From Basidiobolus meristosporus CBS 931.73 (lineage: Eukaryota; Fungi; Basidiobolomycota): a stretch of DNA of 64,000 bases. The DNA is taken from contig MCFE01000077.1 in NCBI GenBank assembly GCA_002104905.1, positions 117,544-181,543 of the forward strand. The letters run 5' to 3'. The notes beneath the pieces were generated by a model. That model was not told the origin of the DNA and made no database searches. It worked only from the letters and a program-made list of their open reading frames with translations. Both the position numbers and the translations under genes were made by a program. Below, piece after piece: positions 59,428-64,000 of the stretch (within the stretch, counting starts at the first letter, position 1; every line of letters begins with the position of its first letter).

Positions 59428-62400
59428 TGTTGTGTTGTATTATGATTAGTTTGGGGCTTGTTCTACAATGTAGAGGCTAATCAACAATATACAACAACTT
59501 CCAGTATGCTAATACTGAAATAGTTTATTGGGAGTTTGATATACCGATAGAAGATATAACTTTCACTAATTTCCTCAATCTTGGGCTCAAAATATACTGT
59601 AGGCAGTGTTTATCACTTCTACAGCAGTGTTCTGACCTTCTGTCAACTAATGGGCTTATTTACTTTTATAGTAACTTTTCCTTATTTGAAAGTCCCTTTC
59701 CTTTCTGAGAAAATATTTCCTAATATGGAAATTCTGAACTCCCCTTTAACCTAAAGGGGTGTGTTGTAGAAGTCTCTAAAGGGGTCTTTAGACCTAAAGG
59801 GGTGTCTAAAGGGGTGTCTTTAGAGTAAAGGGGCTTCTTGTAGTGGTCTCTAAAGTGGACTTTACACTAAAGGGGTGCCTAAAGGGGCTTCTTTAGAGTA
59901 AAGGGGTTTCTTAAAGGGGTCTCTAAAGGGGTCTTTAGACTAAAGGGGTGTCTAAAGGGGTCTTTAGACTAAAGGGGTGTCTAAAGGGGTGTCTTTAGAG
60001 TAAAGGGGTTTCTTAGAGGGGACTTTTCCGACAGAAAAGTGGTAGTTTCTTGTAGAACTTAGATTGGATTCTTGTGAGCTTTGCAGTCTCTTTACTGATG
60101 TAGTACCGATCAAAGTCAGAATACTCAACAGTGCAAGTGATGCAGGGGAAGTCTTATAACCTTTAAACTTGTAATCGTAGTGTGGAGATTCTGGAAAGAG
60201 AGGCTCTCTCTTTATTTTTCAGCTGGGGAAGTCATATATATGAAAATTTTGAAGGATCAAAGTTTTTGGGCAATTGCGCAAGCAATACACGTGATACAAA
60301 GCTAAAATTTTGCAGTGGCGCAGATCGGACATAGGCACAGCACCTGTGAGAATTTCACGTGATTTGATTGGCTGGTGCGAAAGTTACACGCGATCAAAGT
60401 CACCATAGTAATCCTAGCAATAAGGCATAGTATATATAATAGTTGGACTCTTTTGGTCATAACTCCTTAAGTACTGCTTCAAATGAGCTGTGATTTGAAA
60501 CATGTGTTGGCTACTACGTGTTCTGTATGACATAATATTCTTGGGTGGATTGCTTGTCAGGGTCTGGAGCATTTGCTCTTCAAAGTTGGAAATTCTTGAT
60601 CTTTCTCTTGTGTATTACAATAGCAAAAAGCAAAATAAAGAAATGAGTGCAATATTGGTTTAGAGATATTGTAGTAATGGAATACTTTCCATTACCACAA
60701 GTCTCTCCTAACTTTGAGAAATAATGCCCTCATTATTACTTCTGATATGGAACTTCTTCAATCTGTTACCAGGTTGTGTCAGTGCAAGTGGTGTACCGTC
60801 AAGTTCTGCTAGTTTGTAAGATCCATTTTTGTTTGCATGTATGATCTTGTAGGGACCTTGCCATTGCATATCCAGCTTGGATGCCTTGTTTCTTTGGCTT
60901 TTTGTGTTGTGAAGTAGTATCAACTCACCTACTTCTAACAATGTTTTTCTTAGGCATTTTTGAGCGTCAAAGTACTCCTTGCCAGCCATTCTGGATTTCT
61001 TCAGGTTTTCTATTGCATTCTGTTGCAGAGTGTGTGCTTGTTGAATCTGTTGTACTCTTGCTAGCAATAGCTCTGATGTTGTCATGGTTGGTTTCCATGG
61101 GAGGGTAAGCCAATTCTCAAAAGATATGTCTATCGGCAAAACAGCTTCATGTCCATATATTAAAAAAAAAGGTGTATACCCTGTACTTCTTTTAACCGTG
61201 ACTCTATCAGACCAAATTGCTGCATGAAAGTTATTTGCCCATTTGTTGGGTTCTTCATAGCTAAGCTTTGCTAATGTGTTTGCAAAAGCAGAATGTCCAC
61301 GTTCAACTGGTGAATTTGCTTGTGGGTGATATGGCGTAGTATGTATAAGCTTGGTTCCATGCTTTGTCGCTAGTGCTTGTATTTCATAAGATCCACATTC
61401 TCCATTGTCTGCAATAAGGGTGCCAACTGAACCATGTCTGAGATATACATCTTCTTTGAGAAATCTTGCTACTGCTTTTGCATTGGCTTGTTTCAGCATT
61501 CTAGCCTCTATCCAACCAGTAAAGTTATCACGACAGTCCACCACATACTTATACCCAGCTGTTGCCCTTGATAAATGTATAATATCTACATGTGCAATTT
61601 GCCAAGCATAAGATGTGTATATACTGTGAAGTGGTTCATGCATCTTTTGGTTGTCTCTTCTTTGACATGGAATACATGATTTCACATATTCTTTTGTGTT
61701 GGTGTACAGCGTTGGCCAAAAATACCGTAAGGAGATTTTTGCATATGTTGATGTAATTCCCTTATGACCTCCTGATTCAGATTCATGCAATTCTTGAATG
61801 ATCTTCTCTTGATCATGCTTGTTATGTATATACCGTCAAGGAACTCCATGTTTGCTTTTTCTGAAAAGTGTGCCGTCATGCAGTAAAAACTTCAGAGCCT
61901 TCCTTTTAAAATTTGTGCGTTGATTTGTGGGAATATCAGCAGGAACTTTGAGTGATGTAAGAAATTCCTTGATTTGTTGATAATTGCTTTGTATCATATG
62001 TCTGAATGAGAATCCAAGACTAGTGTTTTCAAGGAACTCATCAATCTCATCATCATCAGTTGAGTACGGTGAATTTGGTTGCTTTCTAGATAAGGCATCA
62101 GGTCCTTTGTGATTGGCTCCTGGTATGTGTTGCAGCGTAAAGTCAAAGATCTGGATGTATGATATCCACTGTGCTAGAATAGGATCAGGCAAAAGCTCCA
62201 ACTTATTCAACATTCCTAATAATGGCTTGGCATCAACCTCCAGTGTGAAGTGTACTCCTAATAAGTATGGCTTTAGCTTTTTGAGTACATAGAGTACTCC
62301 CAGTGCTTCTTTCTTGATAGATGGATAGTTAAGGTCATTCCCTTTGAATAGTCTGCTAAGATATTTGCAAGGTTGTTGATGATGATCTTTTGAAACTTGA

Positions 62401-63765
62401 ATCATGATTCCACCAACCCCAATTCCAGAGCTATCAACTGATACAATGATTGGTTGTGAATCAATAACACTGTAGTTTATAGCTGCTAAGACAGGTGGCT
62501 TTGATAATGACTCAAGCAATGTCGACATAGCATTTGCCTGTTCTTCATGCCATTCAAATTTCTGGTTTTTCTGTAATAACTGAGTCAGTGGCTTAGCAAT
62601 TTGAGCATAGTTCTTGATCCAGATTCTGAATAGACCAGTAAGTCCTAATAATTGTCTGACTTGATGAATATTCCTTGGTGGCTTCCAATTTAGTGCCAAT
62701 GAAAGTTTTGCAGGATCAGGCAATCTCCCTTTTTCAGTAACAAGTTCACCTAGAATGATTGCTTTGTCGTAGCCAAACTTGCATTTGGCTCCTGATACAG
62801 TCAGACCAGAAGCTTGAAGTTTCTTCATGACCCTCTCAACTGTGCTTATGTGATCATAAACATATCTTCTTACTTGAGGTAAGACATGCAACGTATCTTT
62901 TTCTCTGGACTTATTCTTAACTGCAATGTCATCAAGAAATGGTCGGCATATCTCAGGGAAACAGTCATCCAAAACTCAAATCATTGCACGTTGATAATTT
63001 TGGACAGAGTTTGTCCATCCTTGAGGAATTCTTGTCATCCTTATGAGTCCTATTGGTGTATCCATAGTGGTGAAATCTCTTGAGGTAGGATCCAGAAGTA
63101 TTTGGTCATATCCTGAATAAAGATCCAATGTTGTAATCAGAGGATATCCAGTAAATGACTCAATATACTCATGTCGTATGGGTGGTTGCATCGCATCTTT
63201 GATGGTGACCTTATTCAAATGCTGTACGTCTTGAATAAACCGTAGACTTCCATTTTTCTTCAACAGTGTAAACCAGGGATTGCAATAAGGTCCATAGCTA
63301 TATTCAATGACTCCACTTTGAAATCTTGATTGTAGCATTTCAATTACTTTGTTCAGTGATCTTGAGGGAATAGGATATGATCTCAGTGCCCATGGTGTAT
63401 GTTCAACGGTATGGATCTTAACCGGTGGAAATAGCTCTGTGGATAAACATCCTCTTTGTGCATCATTGAATGCAAAGACATTGTCATAGCGTTGTAGCAT
63501 AGTCAAAAAGAGACTTCTCTCCTCAGTGGAAAGAGTAGTCCCAATAGCCAACTCCTTGAGCTTCTCTTCTGTGAGTCTGATTTTGTCATATTTGTGCAAA
63601 GGCTCCATTTGAGGATTGTCGTGGGCAGATGGTGAGATTCCAGTAGATACTGGCTTTGCTCTCAATGCAACTGGCTTATACTTGGTATTTGTCTTACTTG
63701 TTGTCGATGGAATGAAGTGTTGATCATAAAACAAAATATCCTTATGAACCTGTATGTTTTATACT
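59428..63765 (-). mobile_element. Ty3/gypsy element of another lineage, 5'-truncated by the telomere; putative 3' LTR 59428-60699
   Basis: One pol frame 63734 to 60708 broken by TGA at 62976 and 61836; DLYSGYDQI, PQGWTNSV, FLDDI, VSVDSSG, HVDII, ADNG, YHPQANSPVERGH. TG start at 59428, CA end at 60699, purine run AGGAGAGA beside it. Confidence 0.8.
59751..60021. repeat. G-rich minisatellite of about 15 TAAAGGGG cores
   Basis: Recurrent CTAAAGGGG(T/C) units interspersed with TCTTTAG. Confidence 0.85.
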
Positions 63766-64000
63766 GGGTTAGGGTTAGGGTTAGGGTTAGGGTTAGGGTT
63801 AGGGTTAGGGTTAGGGTTAGGGTTAGGGTTAGGGTTAGGGTTAGGGTTAGGGTTAGGGTTAGGGTTAGGGTTAGGGTTAGGGTTAGGGTTAGGGTTAGGG
63901 TTAGGGTTAGGGTTAGGGTTAGGGTTAGGGTTAGGGTTAGGGTTAGGGTTAGGGTTAGGGTTAGGGTTAGGGTTAGGGTTAGGGTTAGGGTTAGGGTTAG
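63766..64000 (+). repeat. Telomere (TTAGGG)n
   Basis: GGG followed by 38 perfect TTAGGG units from 63769, then a partial unit running to the window end. Confidence 0.99.

Overview
Right arm terminus of a fungal chromosome, ending in (TTAGGG)n. Gene content (INTS9, a Gdown1-like gene, short GT-AG introns) suggests an early-diverging fungus of Zoopagomycota/Mucoromycota type; this is inference. Positions 1-36 kb are gene-dense: SGNH-like protein, F-box/LRR, PHO80-like cyclin, multi-PAM2 protein, MCAD, GPI-type Pro-rich protein, mitochondrial RF1, Gdown1/POLR2M-like, a duplicated HMG-box + tetraspan cassette, trihelix TF, importin-beta, uS2m, INTS9, GH3-GNAT and Atg22-like MFS. Positions 36-47 kb hold stacked Ty3/gypsy insertions at one ACAC site 10 bp upstream of a tRNA-Arg(CCT). 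Positions 48-52 kb hold a secreted protein, a BBE-like pseudogene and RNase T2. Positions 53-59.4 kb hold the most striking system: a head-to-tail array of APE-LINE copies from several diverged subfamilies, with 3' ends pointing to the centromere. They end in oligo(C) rather than poly(A) and are joined through TTAGGG stubs. The one full-length copy has a degenerate endonuclease, ORF1 and ORF2 in one frame separated by a single TGA-CTA, and only one CpG in about 3.9 kb. A final Ty3/gypsy element is cut inside pol and capped directly by telomere. Splice models, alignments and counts were made by eye; reference motifs are quoted from memory and need database confirmation.
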